Shown here piece after piece: positions 15,616 to 27,200 of a stretch of DNA of 64,000 bases. Position numbers and translations under genes: made by a program. How positions within the stretch are numbered: the first letter of the stretch is position 1; each line of letters begins with the position of its first letter. This DNA comes from a virus. Its lineage: Duplodnaviria > Caudoviricetes. The stretch lies in IMG/VR virus record IMGVR_UViG_2706795940_000001, positions 1 to 64,000 of that record; one strand, written 5' to 3'. The notes below the pieces were generated by a model that made no database searches, was not told the origin of the DNA, and saw only the letters and a program-made list of their open reading frames with translations.

Positions 15616-16644
15616 ATGACCAACATTCTCAATGCGCCGGTGCACCCGGATGCGGCCACCGCGTTCGTTCGCCGGGTTCCGGATCCCGCCGGCAACATCC
15701 TGTCCCAGTTCCTGCCGGACAAGACCATCGAAGACACCCGGGTCGAGGTCACTGACGTCGAACTGACCAGCGCGACCGCGCCTTACCGGTCGTACGACGG
15801 CAACATCCCGCGGATCAAGCGGGACGGCTTCTCGGTTCGTCAGATCGAGATGCTGCCGATGAGCCTTCAGGGCGGCAAGGGCGAGTACGAGCGCCTGCAG
15901 CTCGAGAAGGTCCGCCAGAACGGCGGCTCGGACACCGCGATCGTCGAGGCCATCTACAACGACCTCGAGAAGATCGTCATCAACATCCGCAACGCCCTCG
16001 AGGTGTACCGCGGCAAGCTCCTGAGCACCGGTCGCGTGACCGTGGCCGAGAACGGCGTCTTCACCGAAGCCGACTTCGGTGTCCCCGCTTCGCACTTCGT
16101 CACCGCCGACACCCCGTGGGCCGACGCCGAGAATGCACGGCCGATCGAGGACGAGCTGGCGTGGACCGAGCTCTACGCCAACAGCTACGGCCAGGCCCCC
16201 GGAGGCCAGATCGTCTCGCGCAAGACCATGGGCGCACTTCGCGCGAGCAAGGAGATCCGCGCTGCGGCCGGTCTCGAAAGCTCGAACGGCCCGCGGTTCG
16301 TGTCGAACGAGGTCGTGAACGCAGCCCTCGCGGCATTCGACCTGCCCCCGATCGTCGCGGTCTACGACCAGATGATCAACGGCCAGCGAGTGATCCCCGA
16401 GGGCAAGGTCATCTACGTCCCGCAGAACGCCTCGGACCTGGGCAACACCTACTGGGGTGTCTCGGCCACCGCCATGGAGCTGCTCAACGCCGCGCAGACC
16501 GACTCGTCGTTCTCGGACGCTCCCGGTCTCGTCGGCGTGGTCATCAAGACGGGCCCCCCGTTCCAGGAAGCCGCGCTGGTCGACTCGATCAACCTGCCGA
16601 TCCTCAACAACCCCAAGGCGCTGATGGTCGCCGACGTCAACTGA
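15616..16644 (+). CDS. major capsid protein (lambda E-like)
   Basis: ADFGVPASH...W motif, size and synteny. Confidence 0.92.
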   Translation: MTNILNAPVHPDAATAFVRRVPDPAGNILSQFLPDKTIEDTRVEVTDVELTSATAPYRSYDGNIPRIKRDGFSVRQIEMLPMSLQGGKGEYERLQLEKVRQNGGSDTAIVEAIYNDLEKIVINIRNALEVYRGKLLSTGRVTVAENGVFTEADFGVPASHFVTADTPWADAENARPIEDELAWTELYANSYGQAPGGQIVSRKTMGALRASKEIRAAAGLESSNGPRFVSNEVVNAALAAFDLPPIVAVYDQMINGQRVIPEGKVIYVPQNASDLGNTYWGVSATAMELLNAAQTDSSFSDAPGLVGVVIKTGPPFQEAALVDSINLPILNNPKALMVADVN

Positions 16645-16655
16645 CCATCGCCCTC

Positions 16656-16689
16656 GTCACCCGGGGCTGCTTAGCCGGCCCCGGGTGAC
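16656..16689 (+). terminator. stem-loop after capsid gene
   Basis: 14-bp stem gtcacccggggctg/cggccccgggtgac; no U tract. Confidence 0.55.
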
Positions 16690-16716
16690 CTCAATCGACC
16701 GGGGAGAACACCGAAT

Positions 16717-17055
16717 ATGTCGAAGCTGATCAAGAACGTCTACGTCAAGGGCCCAAAGGGGCAGCGCGAATGGGTACGCCCGGGCGATGAGATTCCGGAG
16801 TGGGCAGAAGAGGTCCTCGCCAAGAACCCGTCAGTGTGGGACACACCGCCCGCAGTGGTGGAAGTCGCCCCCGAGCCCGAACCGACGCCCGAGCCCGCAC
16901 CCGAACCCGTGAGTGAGCCGGCGCCCGAGCCCGTGACCGAACCTGTGGCCGAACCTGTGGCCGAAGCGGAGACGGAATCCGAGCCCGAGCCGGCGAAGCC
17001 TGCGGCAACCCGCAAGCGCACCACGCGAGCAAAGGCACCGACCAAGGAGTCCTGA
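16717..17055 (+). CDS. virion-region protein with Pro/Glu repeats
   Basis: PEPxxEP low-complexity linker; position after capsid. Confidence 0.8.
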   Translation: MSKLIKNVYVKGPKGQREWVRPGDEIPEWAEEVLAKNPSVWDTPPAVVEVAPEPEPTPEPAPEPVSEPAPEPVTEPVAEPVAEAETESEPEPAKPAATRKRTTRAKAPTKES

Positions 17056-17435
17056 TGGCCGTCTACGTCGAGCCCGAGGACGTGCAGAAGCGCTACCTCA
17101 ATGGGGAACTGCCCGTGGAGTGGCTCGAGACGAAGATCGACGACGCCGAGGACGACCTCTTCTACTACTTCCCGCGGCTGGCAACCTCAGCTACGGATGA
17201 GGAGCAGAGGCGCATCAAGAGGGTTGTAGCGGACGCCGTAATCCGGCTGTTCAACAACCCCCGAGGCATCATCAGGGAGCAGATCGAGGAGCAGTCAGTC
17301 ACCCTCGGCGGTGACGGAAGCCTCGCCGGCTCACTGTATTTCACAGACCGTGAGCTGGCCAAGTTCCGCGCAGGACGCAGGCGCGTCGGCATGGCCGGCG
17401 TCGCACCAGCCCCATTCGCTGGGCGTGACGCCTGA
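17055..17435 (+). CDS. head-to-tail adaptor
   Basis: VIRLFNNPRG...GSLYFTDREL motif; synteny. Confidence 0.85.
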   Translation: MAVYVEPEDVQKRYLNGELPVEWLETKIDDAEDDLFYYFPRLATSATDEEQRRIKRVVADAVIRLFNNPRGIIREQIEEQSVTLGGDGSLAGSLYFTDRELAKFRAGRRRVGMAGVAPAPFAGRDA

Positions 17436-17788
17436 TGAGCGACTACCTCGAGGTTTGGCGCGACGTCACCACCGGCCGGACCAAACATGGTGGGCACGCG
17501 AAGGGCGAACGAGAACGCGACCTCTCCCACGTCATTCACAACGTCGTCATCTCGTACGACACCACGGACACCGACGAACCAGACCCCTCCGACAAGCGCC
17601 TGCGAAATATGCGCACACTGCGCGTGAAGGCGTGGATCCCCCGAGGCTCAGATATTCGAGCCCAGGACCGAGTCAAGTTGCCCGACGGCCTGTTTTATCG
17701 AATCGACGGAAAGCCACTGGAGCGAAAGTCCGGACTTACCGGCAATGTCGCCCGCACCAAAGTCTTCCTCGTCCGACAGGAGGGCTGA
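17435..17788 (+). CDS. head-to-tail stopper
   Basis: DRVKLPDG..YRIDGKP; synteny. Confidence 0.8.
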   Translation: MSDYLEVWRDVTTGRTKHGGHAKGERERDLSHVIHNVVISYDTTDTDEPDPSDKRLRNMRTLRVKAWIPRGSDIRAQDRVKLPDGLFYRIDGKPLERKSGLTGNVARTKVFLVRQEG

Positions 17789-17791
17789 GCT

Positions 17792-18235
17792 GTGGCGATT
17801 CGTCGCAACCATGTCGAATTCGACCCCGAGCGCGAGTATGTGGGAAATGCCTTGAAGAGCATCCCAATCAAGCGCATGCTAGATGAGAAGGTCGAATTAG
17901 GTAAGCAGCTGTATTCCAAGAGGGTCGTCAAGGGCCGTCGAAGTCGACCGGGCCAACCCAAGAACTTCAAGAGCATTCGAGGCAAAGTCGGTCTCGGTGG
18001 CGACAAGAAGGATCGATGGGCCGGCGAGATCTGGACCACCGCCCGACACGGCCTGCCCCGAGAATTCGGCGCCGCCAGCGAGATCAAGCGCGGCGGGGGA
18101 TACAGCAAGGCAGTAGCCAAAAGGTACGAACGAAGCACCAGGGGTCGCGCGCGCAAACGAGGAGATGCTGAGCACGTTCTCGGTGGTGACAGCCGCCGCA
18201 GGACCAGCATCGTGAAGACCCTGGAGGCGCAGTGA
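17792..18235 (+). CDS. neck / tail completion protein
   Basis: Basic protein with EFG motif; synteny. Confidence 0.65.
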   Translation: MAIRRNHVEFDPEREYVGNALKSIPIKRMLDEKVELGKQLYSKRVVKGRRSRPGQPKNFKSIRGKVGLGGDKKDRWAGEIWTTARHGLPREFGAASEIKRGGGYSKAVAKRYERSTRGRARKRGDAEHVLGGDSRRRTSIVKTLEAQ

Positions 18236-18696
18236 CCGAGGACGACATCGATGCAGAGCTCCTGCTGATGGAGCATCTCGATGACCTCGGATACACCGAC
18301 ACCGCGATCCCGGAGTGGCAAGACTTCGCCGAAGCGGAAGCCAACGGTGACTACTTCGCCGGGTGGGACGACATCCTTCCGATCATTGTCGCCAACCGAC
18401 TTCCAGCCGGCGGAATCGACGCCGATGGCATGACCGACATGGCCCTCATGGCCGTGGTCTGCATCGGACGAAACCGCCAGGAGGCCTGGCAGACCCACCG
18501 CAAGGTGAGCGCGCGGATCCTCAACAAGGGACTACCTTTCGAGGTCGCGCAGAAGAACGAAGACGGCGAAGTCTTGGGCACAGTGCTCATCGAGCCCACC
18601 TCAGTAGTTGAGGCCGGCGCGCTGGAGCCGGACTTCGATCCCGACAACAGGTTCGTCGAAGCAACGTTCTGGGTGCCCATCTCACTACGTTTCTAA
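18232..18696 (+). CDS. tail terminator
   Basis: Acidic, NRLPAGGID motif; synteny. Confidence 0.75.
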   Translation: MTEDDIDAELLLMEHLDDLGYTDTAIPEWQDFAEAEANGDYFAGWDDILPIIVANRLPAGGIDADGMTDMALMAVVCIGRNRQEAWQTHRKVSARILNKGLPFEVAQKNEDGEVLGTVLIEPTSVVEAGALEPDFDPDNRFVEATFWVPISLRF

Positions 18697-19154
18697 TGTC
18701 CAGAGCAAAAGAGCGCACATGCGCCCTCTGCGACCAGGCCTACCGCCGGACATCTCGGGAGCAAAGCCTGCGACTGTGCCAGGACTGCGACGGCGCCTAC
18801 GCCCGGTGCATCTCCTGCGACACCTGGAAGTCGACTGACCACTTCAACTCGCACAAAGCGCGCAGAAATGGCCTTGACAACAAATGCAAGGAATGCGACG
18901 CAGACCGAAAGCTCCGAGCCCGATACGGAATCAGTTTCGCTGAATATGCGGAACAACTCCTAGAACAGGGCGGCAAGTGCGCTATCTGCGGAACTGCACC
19001 CGACGACGGTTCGAAGCTCCATGTTGACCACTGTCACACGACTGGGAAAAAGCGAGGACTCCTCTGCTCCCAGTGCAATACAGCAATCGGACTTCTCAAA
19101 GAGGATCTGAACCTCCTTTCCCGAGCTGCTGATTACCTCGAGCTCTTTTCCTGA
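18696..19154 (+). CDS. endonuclease VII-family protein (likely freestanding homing endonuclease)
   Basis: QGGKCAIC..LHVDHCH..RGLLCSQCN. Confidence 0.9.
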   Translation: MSRAKERTCALCDQAYRRTSREQSLRLCQDCDGAYARCISCDTWKSTDHFNSHKARRNGLDNKCKECDADRKLRARYGISFAEYAEQLLEQGGKCAICGTAPDDGSKLHVDHCHTTGKKRGLLCSQCNTAIGLLKEDLNLLSRAADYLELFS

Positions 19155-19202
19155 GTTCGACGGTATTCCAACAATCTTCCATCAATTGCTAGGAGAGCAA
19201 TA

Positions 19203-19868
19203 ATGGCAACTCTCGCTGACATTCAGGGAATCCGGAAGAGCCTGATCCGCAAGCCTCTCGCCGGCGGCATCCTCTTCGCGCCCAAGTCGGCCGTGATCCC
19301 GACGTCGTGGACGACCTACGCTGCGGGCCCGCCGGCGACCATCACCTTCAACAAGCCCGCCGGCCACGAGCCGCTCGGCGCCATCTCGAAGGAGAACCCG
19401 CCCACCTTCACGCCCGAGACCGAGGTTTCGGACGTCGAGACCTGGGGTCTGCTCGAGGCTTCGCGTACCGACATCATCTCGCGCAACACGACCGTCAACT
19501 TCGTTGCGCAGGAGACCAACCGCAAGGTCCTCGAGCTGTACCACAACGCCGACTACAGCGCCGTCACGCCGCACGCGGACACCGGTGAGACCGAGTTCGC
19601 CGATCCCACCGCTCCCGACGTCATCTACCACCGTGCCGCCTTCGTCACGGTGGACGGTCAGGGCGATCGGGCGATCTGGATCATCAAGTACTGCCCCAAC
19701 TTCATCATCACCGAGGTCGGAGAGCAGTCGTGGTCGCAGGAAGGCGCCATCGACTACAACATCACCGGCCGAGCCAAGGTCGATGAGGACGCCGGCTATG
19801 CCGTGAAGACCATCATCTGCGGCCCGGGCTGGAAGGCCCTCGAAGACGAGCACGGCTTCGGCTCCTGA
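19203..19868 (+). CDS. major tail protein
   Basis: SDVETWG..RTDI and C-terminal GPGW motifs. Confidence 0.9.
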   Translation: MATLADIQGIRKSLIRKPLAGGILFAPKSAVIPTSWTTYAAGPPATITFNKPAGHEPLGAISKENPPTFTPETEVSDVETWGLLEASRTDIISRNTTVNFVAQETNRKVLELYHNADYSAVTPHADTGETEFADPTAPDVIYHRAAFVTVDGQGDRAIWIIKYCPNFIITEVGEQSWSQEGAIDYNITGRAKVDEDAGYAVKTIICGPGWKALEDEHGFGS

Positions 19869-19892
19869 TCGTCGGGCCCTCGGGCCCATTCT

Positions 19893-19936
19893 CGTTGCCC
19901 CGCTGCCGAAGTCTCCCCGGCGGCAGCGGGGCAACG
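19893..19936 (+). terminator. stem-loop after major tail gene
   Basis: 16-bp perfect inverted repeat. Confidence 0.55.
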
Positions 19937-19980
19937 CACCAATCACATGCCAATCCGGGGCATTCAGGAGACATCACGAG

Positions 19981-20185
19981 CATGGCGACATTCGAGAAGA
20001 CACTCATGGTCAAGGGCGATTCGGCGGTCTACGCCGAGAGTGCCATCGACTACCACAACTACCTCGCCCGGGGATATGCCCCGCGCAAGGACGAGCAGGC
20101 CGTGCCGCGAAACGTCGTCGCAGCTCCCGCCGTCACCGCACCGAAGCCCGTCGCTGAGAAGCCGGCCGCTGCGGACAAGAAGTAA
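19981..20185 (+). CDS. small hypothetical tail-region protein
   Basis: AGGAG RBS; MATFEK...YHNYLARGY. Confidence 0.7.
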
Positions 20186-20218
20186 CCACCACAACACATC
20201 TCAGGGGAGATCAACACC

Positions 20219-20668
20219 ATGGCCGACGAAGCCGCCAACGAGCCGACCGCAGTCGATGACGTCGAGACCGACGCCCAGAAGCCTGCCGAAGAACAGAAGA
20301 CCTCGCGCTTCTGGACCCTCTTCAGTGAGGTGATGGGGGAGTACACCCCACAGGATCCGTACCCGTTCGACGGCTTCGGGCCCGACAACATCATCGAGAT
20401 CTCGGCGCCGGACACCGCGGACCGTGCCCTCGCGATCGTCAACCTCTGTGACATCCACGGCGACGTCGATGTCAAGGATGTGCAGCCGTACATGAAGGCG
20501 CTGCTCGGCGACGAGGCGTTCGAGTTGATCTGGCCGAAGTTCCTCGGCCCCTTCCCGGTCCAGGTGTCACTGCGGTTCGCCCAGGAGCTCACTGAGCACT
20601 TCTTCGGCGGACAGATGGACGCCATCAAGGCATCGGCTGCCGGACTGCCGGGGGGATCGTCGGCCTAG
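20219..20668 (+). CDS. tail assembly chaperone (G)
   Basis: Position before tape measure gene; slippery G GGG GGA at 20650-20656. Confidence 0.85.
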   Translation: MADEAANEPTAVDDVETDAQKPAEEQKTSRFWTLFSEVMGEYTPQDPYPFDGFGPDNIIEISAPDTADRALAIVNLCDIHGDVDVKDVQPYMKALLGDEAFELIWPKFLGPFPVQVSLRFAQELTEHFFGGQMDAIKASAAGLPGGSSA

Positions 20669-21180
20669 TCGAGATCATCGAGGCCTACGGCTGGGCCATC
20701 GAGGGCGATCTCATGGATCGCGGATTCACCCTGCATGAGTTCATGCGTGGAGATCGCCCTTGGCCTCTGCTCTACCGGTTCATCACCGGCCTTCCGAGCC
20801 ACACGCGCTACAAGTCGGCGATCTTCACGAACGAGGAACTCGCCGAAGATCTTGTCAAGGCGCAGAAGCTGGTAGAGCAACTCGAGCGTGATCGCATGCT
20901 CGAGAGCGGAATTGCACCCCCAGATGAAGAGGAGGGGGCAGACGATCCGCGCACATCCCCAACCTCGTTCGTTGGCTGGACCCGCGAAGCCGATCTGCTC
21001 GCGCAACTCAACGACAGCGTCAAAGTTCTCAATTCCACCCTCATCGGCGTGAACCTGCCCAAGGGCAAGCGTCCGCCGACGGTTCGCCCCACCCCACGAC
21101 CAGTCTCGGCCGTCGAAGCCGTGCGACGTCGAGTCGATCGCGATGAAGCCAAGCAAGCGCTCAAAGACCTTGGCTTCTAG
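20650..21180 (+). CDS. tail assembly chaperone (GT) -1 frameshift extension
   Basis: -1 frame is open from the slippery site through ORF 20713-21180. Confidence 0.82.
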   Translation, partial: GGIVGLVEIIEAYGWAIEGDLMDRGFTLHEFMRGDRPWPLLYRFITGLPSHTRYKSAIFTNEELAEDLVKAQKLVEQLERDRMLESGIAPPDEEEGADDPRTSPTSFVGWTREADLLAQLNDSVKVLNSTLIGVNLPKGKRPPTVRPTPRPVSAVEAVRRRVDRDEAKQALKDLGF

Positions 21181-21202
21181 TCCTACATAAGGAGTCTCAC
21201 TG

Positions 21203-24200
21203 ATGGCATTGAACAAGCGCTATCAGGCAGGCACCGCGTGGATCAAGGTCGCCCCGGACTTCCGCGGGTGGACCAAGGATCTTCGTGATCAGGTCGAGGG
21301 CTCCGCAAAGAACCTGTCAGCCCGTGTTTCACTGGACACCAGTGATGCACGGGCTACTTTGCGTGAGTTCGAACGCGCAGAAGCCAACGTCGAAGCCAAC
21401 GTCAAGCTCAGCCAGTCCGACCTCGCCAAGGTGCGCGAGCAGCTGCAAGGCCTGCACAAGCACAAGCGCGACGTCGTCATCCGCACTGAACTCGACAATA
21501 CCGACGTCCGCAAGAAGCTGCGCGAGTTCGGGCGCGGCTACGAGAAGTTCGCCATCCCGGCAGACATCAAGCTCAACAAGAAGTCCGTCACCCGGACATT
21601 CGACCGGATCCAGAAGGACTTCGCTCAGCGCGCATCCGAGGGCATCAAGTTTGACGCCGAATCGCTCTCGAAGTCGTTCGCGTCGGCACTTAAGGTCGAC
21701 AAGTTCCAAGCCGACATCAACCGCGCACGTAAGGAACTCGACGCCTTCGCCAAGGCCGAGAAGAAGTTTCAGGATCAGCGCGAGGCGTACGCAAACAACC
21801 AGATCAGCTGGGAAGAGATCACCGACCTCGGCGCCGCCTACGCGGTGCACGAGAAGGAAGCTGCGAAGGCCACCAAGCGGCTCGAGAAGTACACCAAGCA
21901 GCAGAACGCCGCCCGCCGGCAGCTGAACAAGGACCTCAAGCTAGCCCAGGAGCTGAGTCAGTCCCTCGCCGCCAGCAAGGCCGGCTCCAACCCCCGCATC
22001 AATCACACCGCTCGCGAGATGTCCGAGCGTCGAGTCGAGATCGCGGCTACCGAGAAGCAGCTGAGCCGGCTCGAAAAGGCCCAGGATCGCTACAACGAGA
22101 AGCTCGCCCAGTACCAGCGGAACGAGATCGGTTGGGATGAGATCTCCGACGTAGCTGACGTGTGGGCGAAGCAGGAGAAGGCGGCCAGCAAGGCCCGCAA
22201 GCGGCTCACGGAATTCACCGAGGCCCAAAACAAGGCCCAGGCGAAGCTCAACAAGGACCTGGAGAAGGCCCGAGCGCTCGCCGAAGAGGCAGCCGCAACC
22301 CGCCGCCGGCCAAACCTGATCGCCCGACGTGACGACAAGGACGTCTCCTACTTCGACCGCGTTCGAGACGCCGCCAACTCCAGCCCCATCGCAAAGAGCC
22401 GCCTCGAGGGCGACACCGTGGCTTGGCGCAATGCCGCCCAGGAGGCTCGCCGACTCGACGCGGCAACGCACTCGCTGGCGAGCTCCACACACACCCTCGA
22501 GAAGGCCAAGCGAGACCTCGCCGCCGCGCAGCTCGAGGTCAACAACCTCCGCGCACGGGGCAACATCTCGAGCAAGAATGCCCAGGCCGCGCTTGAGCGC
22601 GAGAGTCGCGCCTTCCACGTACTGACCACCTCGGCACGCCAGGTCGTTCACGCCCAGCGCGCCGTGGATGGCCTACGGGACAGCTACAACGGCACAGCTG
22701 CCGCACTCCAGCGCCGCATCGACCTCAACCCGATCAAGCGCTTCGGCGACGTCATGCAGAACAACGTCGCCCGCGGCATCAGCTTCTTCACCGATCGACT
22801 CATCCTCGCCGGTCGACTGATCTCCTCGGTTACCGCCGTCGGCATGGCCGCAGGTGCCGCCTTGGCCGGCCTTGGGCTGGTCAACCTCGTTCCACTCGTC
22901 GGCTCGCTCACTCAGGTCGTCGGTGTCCTCGGACTCATCCCGGGCCTCGCTGCGACCGCCGGCGCGGCCATCGCCGCCATCGGCGTCGGATTCTCCGGCA
23001 TCAGCGGCGCCTTCAAGGCCGCAAACAAGCTCAACGAGGCAGTCGGCACCGGCGGCAGCACCGGCGACACCGCCCGGGCAACTCGCGCTGCCCAGAAGCA
23101 ACTGAACCAGGCAAACAAGGCCGCGGCGCGCACCGCCACCTCGGGCGCTCGCTCCATCGCGGACGCCGAGAAGGGTGTCTCGCGCTCACAGAAGGGCGCG
23201 GCCGACGCCCAGAAGAATCTCACCAAGGCCCGCAAGGACGCCCAGCGCCAGAACGAGGACCTCGCCGAGTCTGTCCGCGACATGGCGCACGAGGAAGAGG
23301 ACGCGGCCCTCTCTGTCGAGGAGGCACGCCAGCGCCTCGGTGAGGTCCTGCGCGATCCGGACTCGACCAACACCGAGCGCAAGCGCGCCGACTTCACCTA
23401 CCGCCAAGCGCTCGAGCAACAGCGCGACCTCCGGCGCGAACACTCGCGCACCAAGGACGAATTCGCCGACGCTCAGCGCAAGGGCATCGAAGGCTCCGAC
23501 GTCGTCGTGGAGGCGCAGGAGCGCGTGCGCGAAGCAGCCGAAAGCGTCTCCGAGGCGCAGCAGTCGCTGGCCCAGGCCCAGCAGGACGCAGCCGACGCCA
23601 ACGCCGACGCCATGGAGCGCGTCGTCGAGGCACAGGAGAACCTCGCCTCGGCCATGCGCGGCGGTTCCGGTGTCGATGCCGAAGCCAAGGCGCTCGAAGA
23701 GTACAACCGTGAGCTCGCGAAGCTGGCCCCCAACGCCCAGGGTTTCGTCGTCGGAATCATGAGCATGCGCGACAGCTGGATGAACCTTCGTAAGGCCGTG
23801 CAGCAGCGGATGTTCCGCGGCATGGCAGAGGATGTCCACGAACTCGCCACCGGCCAGCTGCCTCTGCTCGAGCGCGGCCTCGGAGACACCGCGGAGTCGA
23901 TCAACGTCGGCATCCGTCATGCCTTCGACTACCTGAAGTCCCAGCGCGCCACCATGGACTTCACCAGCATCTTCAAGAACTCTGCAGAAGCCACCGAGGG
24001 CTTCGCCCGGTCGACGTCAAACCTCTTCCAGGCTCTGGTCCCGGTCGCCGAGGTCGGCACCCGGTTCATGCCGTGGTTTGGCCGGTCCCTCGAGGACACC
24101 ACGCGCAAGTGGCGGGTGATGGCCGAGTCGGGGCAGGCCTCGGGCAGCATGGAGTCCTTCTTCACGCGCTCGATTGTCCGCGCGCAGCAACTGGGCCGAA

Positions 24201-27200
24201 TCCTTTGGGACGTCGGTGGTCTCGTCAAGCAGGCATTCAATTTGACCAGCGGCCTTGGCCTGGAGTCGCTGACCGCGATTGAGACCCGACTCGAGGCGTT
24301 CCGGACCAAGCTCGCCGGCGACGACGGCGGTCAGCTCGCGACGATGTTCGCAGACGTTCGTCAGCTCTTCCACTCACTGCTCGGCTTGGCCAGCAGCTTC
24401 GTCCAGATCATCGTCAACGACATCGTGCCGGCATTCCAGCTGATCTCCGATGTGACGGGCCCGATCCTGCAGTCCATGGCCGACCTGGGTGTGTTCATCA
24501 GTGAACACATCCCACTGGTTCGTACCCTCCTTTCGGTCTGGCTCGCCTTCAAGATCGTCAACGGCACCATGACCGCGTTCGGCGGCTTGATGAACCGCCT
24601 GAACCCGCGGATCGAGGGGCAGGCCACCCGGACCCAGCGGCTCAAGGATGGCTGGACCGCGGCCACCCGAAGCGCACAGAACTACCAGAATACAACCCGT
24701 CTCGGCGCGGGGCTCACGGCATTCGGCGTACAGAATGGCAAGATCGCCGCACTCGGTCGGCAGTGGGATACCGCCACCACCAGCGCATCTCGCTACGCCA
24801 CCGTCATGGGTGGTGTCCGATCGGCCGCTTCGTCACTGTACGGCTTCCTCGGCGGCGGGTGGGGCATCGCCCTCGCCGGTGCCGCTATCGGATTCACCCT
24901 CTGGGACTCGCATCGACGCAAGCTCCAGGAAGCTGCCGAGGCCGCGGCGCGGTACAACGACACCCTCAAGAGCCTTCGCCGCGAGATGTCCGAGGCGCTC
25001 CGGGAGACCCAGGGCGCCAAGGGGCCACAGGTGCTCAGCGTCGCCGAACAAGAGGCCGAAGCCCGCCTAGCCGAGATCCGCCGCGTCGCCAGGGATGGCG
25101 GCACCAGCATGCTGCAGACAATCAACGGTGGTCTGCAGGTCTTCGGCACCCTCGGTGAGGGCAACGACTACACCGAACACCTGTCCCAGCTCGACGCCAT
25201 CAAGGATCGAGCCAAGGCGCAGCAGAAGGTTCTCGACGACCTCGAGATCTCGGCTTCCGATGTCGCCCGGGCTATCTCGGGAACCGACCACGAGTGGAGC
25301 ATCTTCAACGCCACCCTTCGTCAGGGCGGTGAAGCTGGCGAGCAACTCGCCGCGGACTTCGCCCAGCGGCGTGAGGACATCCAGACCGAGGCCGGAATGC
25401 TCTCGCGTCTCACACCCGGGTACCTCGACCTTGTCGACGCCATCGGCACTCTCGGCGACAAGTCGTCATCGACGGCTGACAAGTTCGACGCACTGCGTCG
25501 TGCATTTGACGCCCTCGTGCCAGGCAACGAAGCGCGAGAAGCGCTGTCCCGCTACGGCGAGACCATCGACGAGATCCGGAGCAAGATCGAGCAGGTTGAT
25601 CCTCAGGGTGGGTTCGGCTCCGACCTTCTCGACGCGTCGGGCAACCTCAACGTCCACAACCAGGACAACGCCCGCGTGCTCGAGCAGGCGATCCTCGACG
25701 GCCAGCAAGCCATCGGCGAAGCGCAGCTGCAGAACGTGGAACCCCAGAAGCTGCAGGAGCTCTGGGAGGGCTACAACTCTGCGATCCGCACCCTCGGCGG
25801 CAGCATGGGTCTGGCCAGCACGGAGATGGATGGCCTGCTCGAGCGCATGTTCGCCACCCCGGACTCGGTCACCTCGGTGGTTCGCCTCGAGAACACCGAC
25901 CCGGTAACCCGCGAGCTCGGAACCATTGCCCTGCAACTGCAGAGCCTGAAGAACCAGGGCAAGCCGATCGAGGCCAAGGTCATGGTTCAGAGTGCCGAAG
26001 CACGCGCGGCACTCGAATCGATCGGCGCCAACATCGAGTGGCTCGATGCCAGTGAGACCTACGCCAAGGTTGGATTCGACACAGCCGAAGGGCTCGAGAA
26101 GTTCACCGAGATGCAGACCATGCTCTCGGTCTGGAACACCATCCGCGCCGAGGCCACGGTTGACCTCGACACCCAGACGTTCACGGTCAAGCAGAACACC
26201 GCCCAGGACCTCCTCACCCGCCTCGACGCCTACCAGGCAAAGCCGTGGGCAACCCTGCTGTACCAGGCCCTCGCGGACAACCAGGGCGGCGCAATCGAGC
26301 TGCTGAATGGCATCTCGAGGCACCCGGCAACCGCGACCGCCCGTCTGAACACCGACCAGCTGCTCACTGACGTGCAGCGCGCGCAGTCGATGATCGACCC
26401 GCGCAACTGGGTCAAGTTCCAGCTCGGCCTGGAGAACGGTACCCCGGCTGCTCCTCAGGTCACCGACCCATTCAACAACGACACCGGCATCGAGATCCCC
26501 GATTACCTCCTCGCTCCCGAGGATCGTAAGAAGAAGCCCGGAAACTACCGCGGCGGTCGTCTCCCCGGATTCAACGTGGGCGGGCGCATGCCGAGCTCGG
26601 GCCCGGGATCGCAGGAGCGCGACGGCTTCCTGGCGGTCGGACCCGACGGGCGCCCGGTTGCTCGAGTCGACGGCGGCGAATGGATCATCAACAGCGCTGC
26701 ATCGGCCGAGTTCAACGAGCTGCTGTGGATGATCAACTCGGGCAGGCTCCGCGGGTTCGCAGCCGGCGGAAGCCTGGCTGGCCAGCAGGGCGGCAAGAAG
26801 CGCTTCGGCCTCGACGTCATCGGTAATCCGTTCTCGGCTATGGCATCTGGCGTCATGGGTCTGGGTGGCGCATTTGGCCAGGCGCTTGGTGGCGCACTGC
26901 CCGCGTGGCAGCAATTCGGGTCCACCCTTGCCAGCACTGCGTCGACCCTCATTCAGCCGGCCCTGGGCGCGATCAACTCGCAGGTCAACCTTCTTGGTAG
27001 CCAGTTCCCGTTCGTCACCCAGATGCGAATCACCCCGCCCTGGGTCAACATGGCGAACCTGCTGTCGACAGCCAAGCAGACGATCCTCGACCCGATGTTC
27101 TCCGGGGTCAACGCGCACCTCGACGTCCTCGCGGCGCACTTCCCGGCCATTGCGTCGGTCATCGAGCCGACCTGGCTGAACCTGACCTCTCGGATCATGG

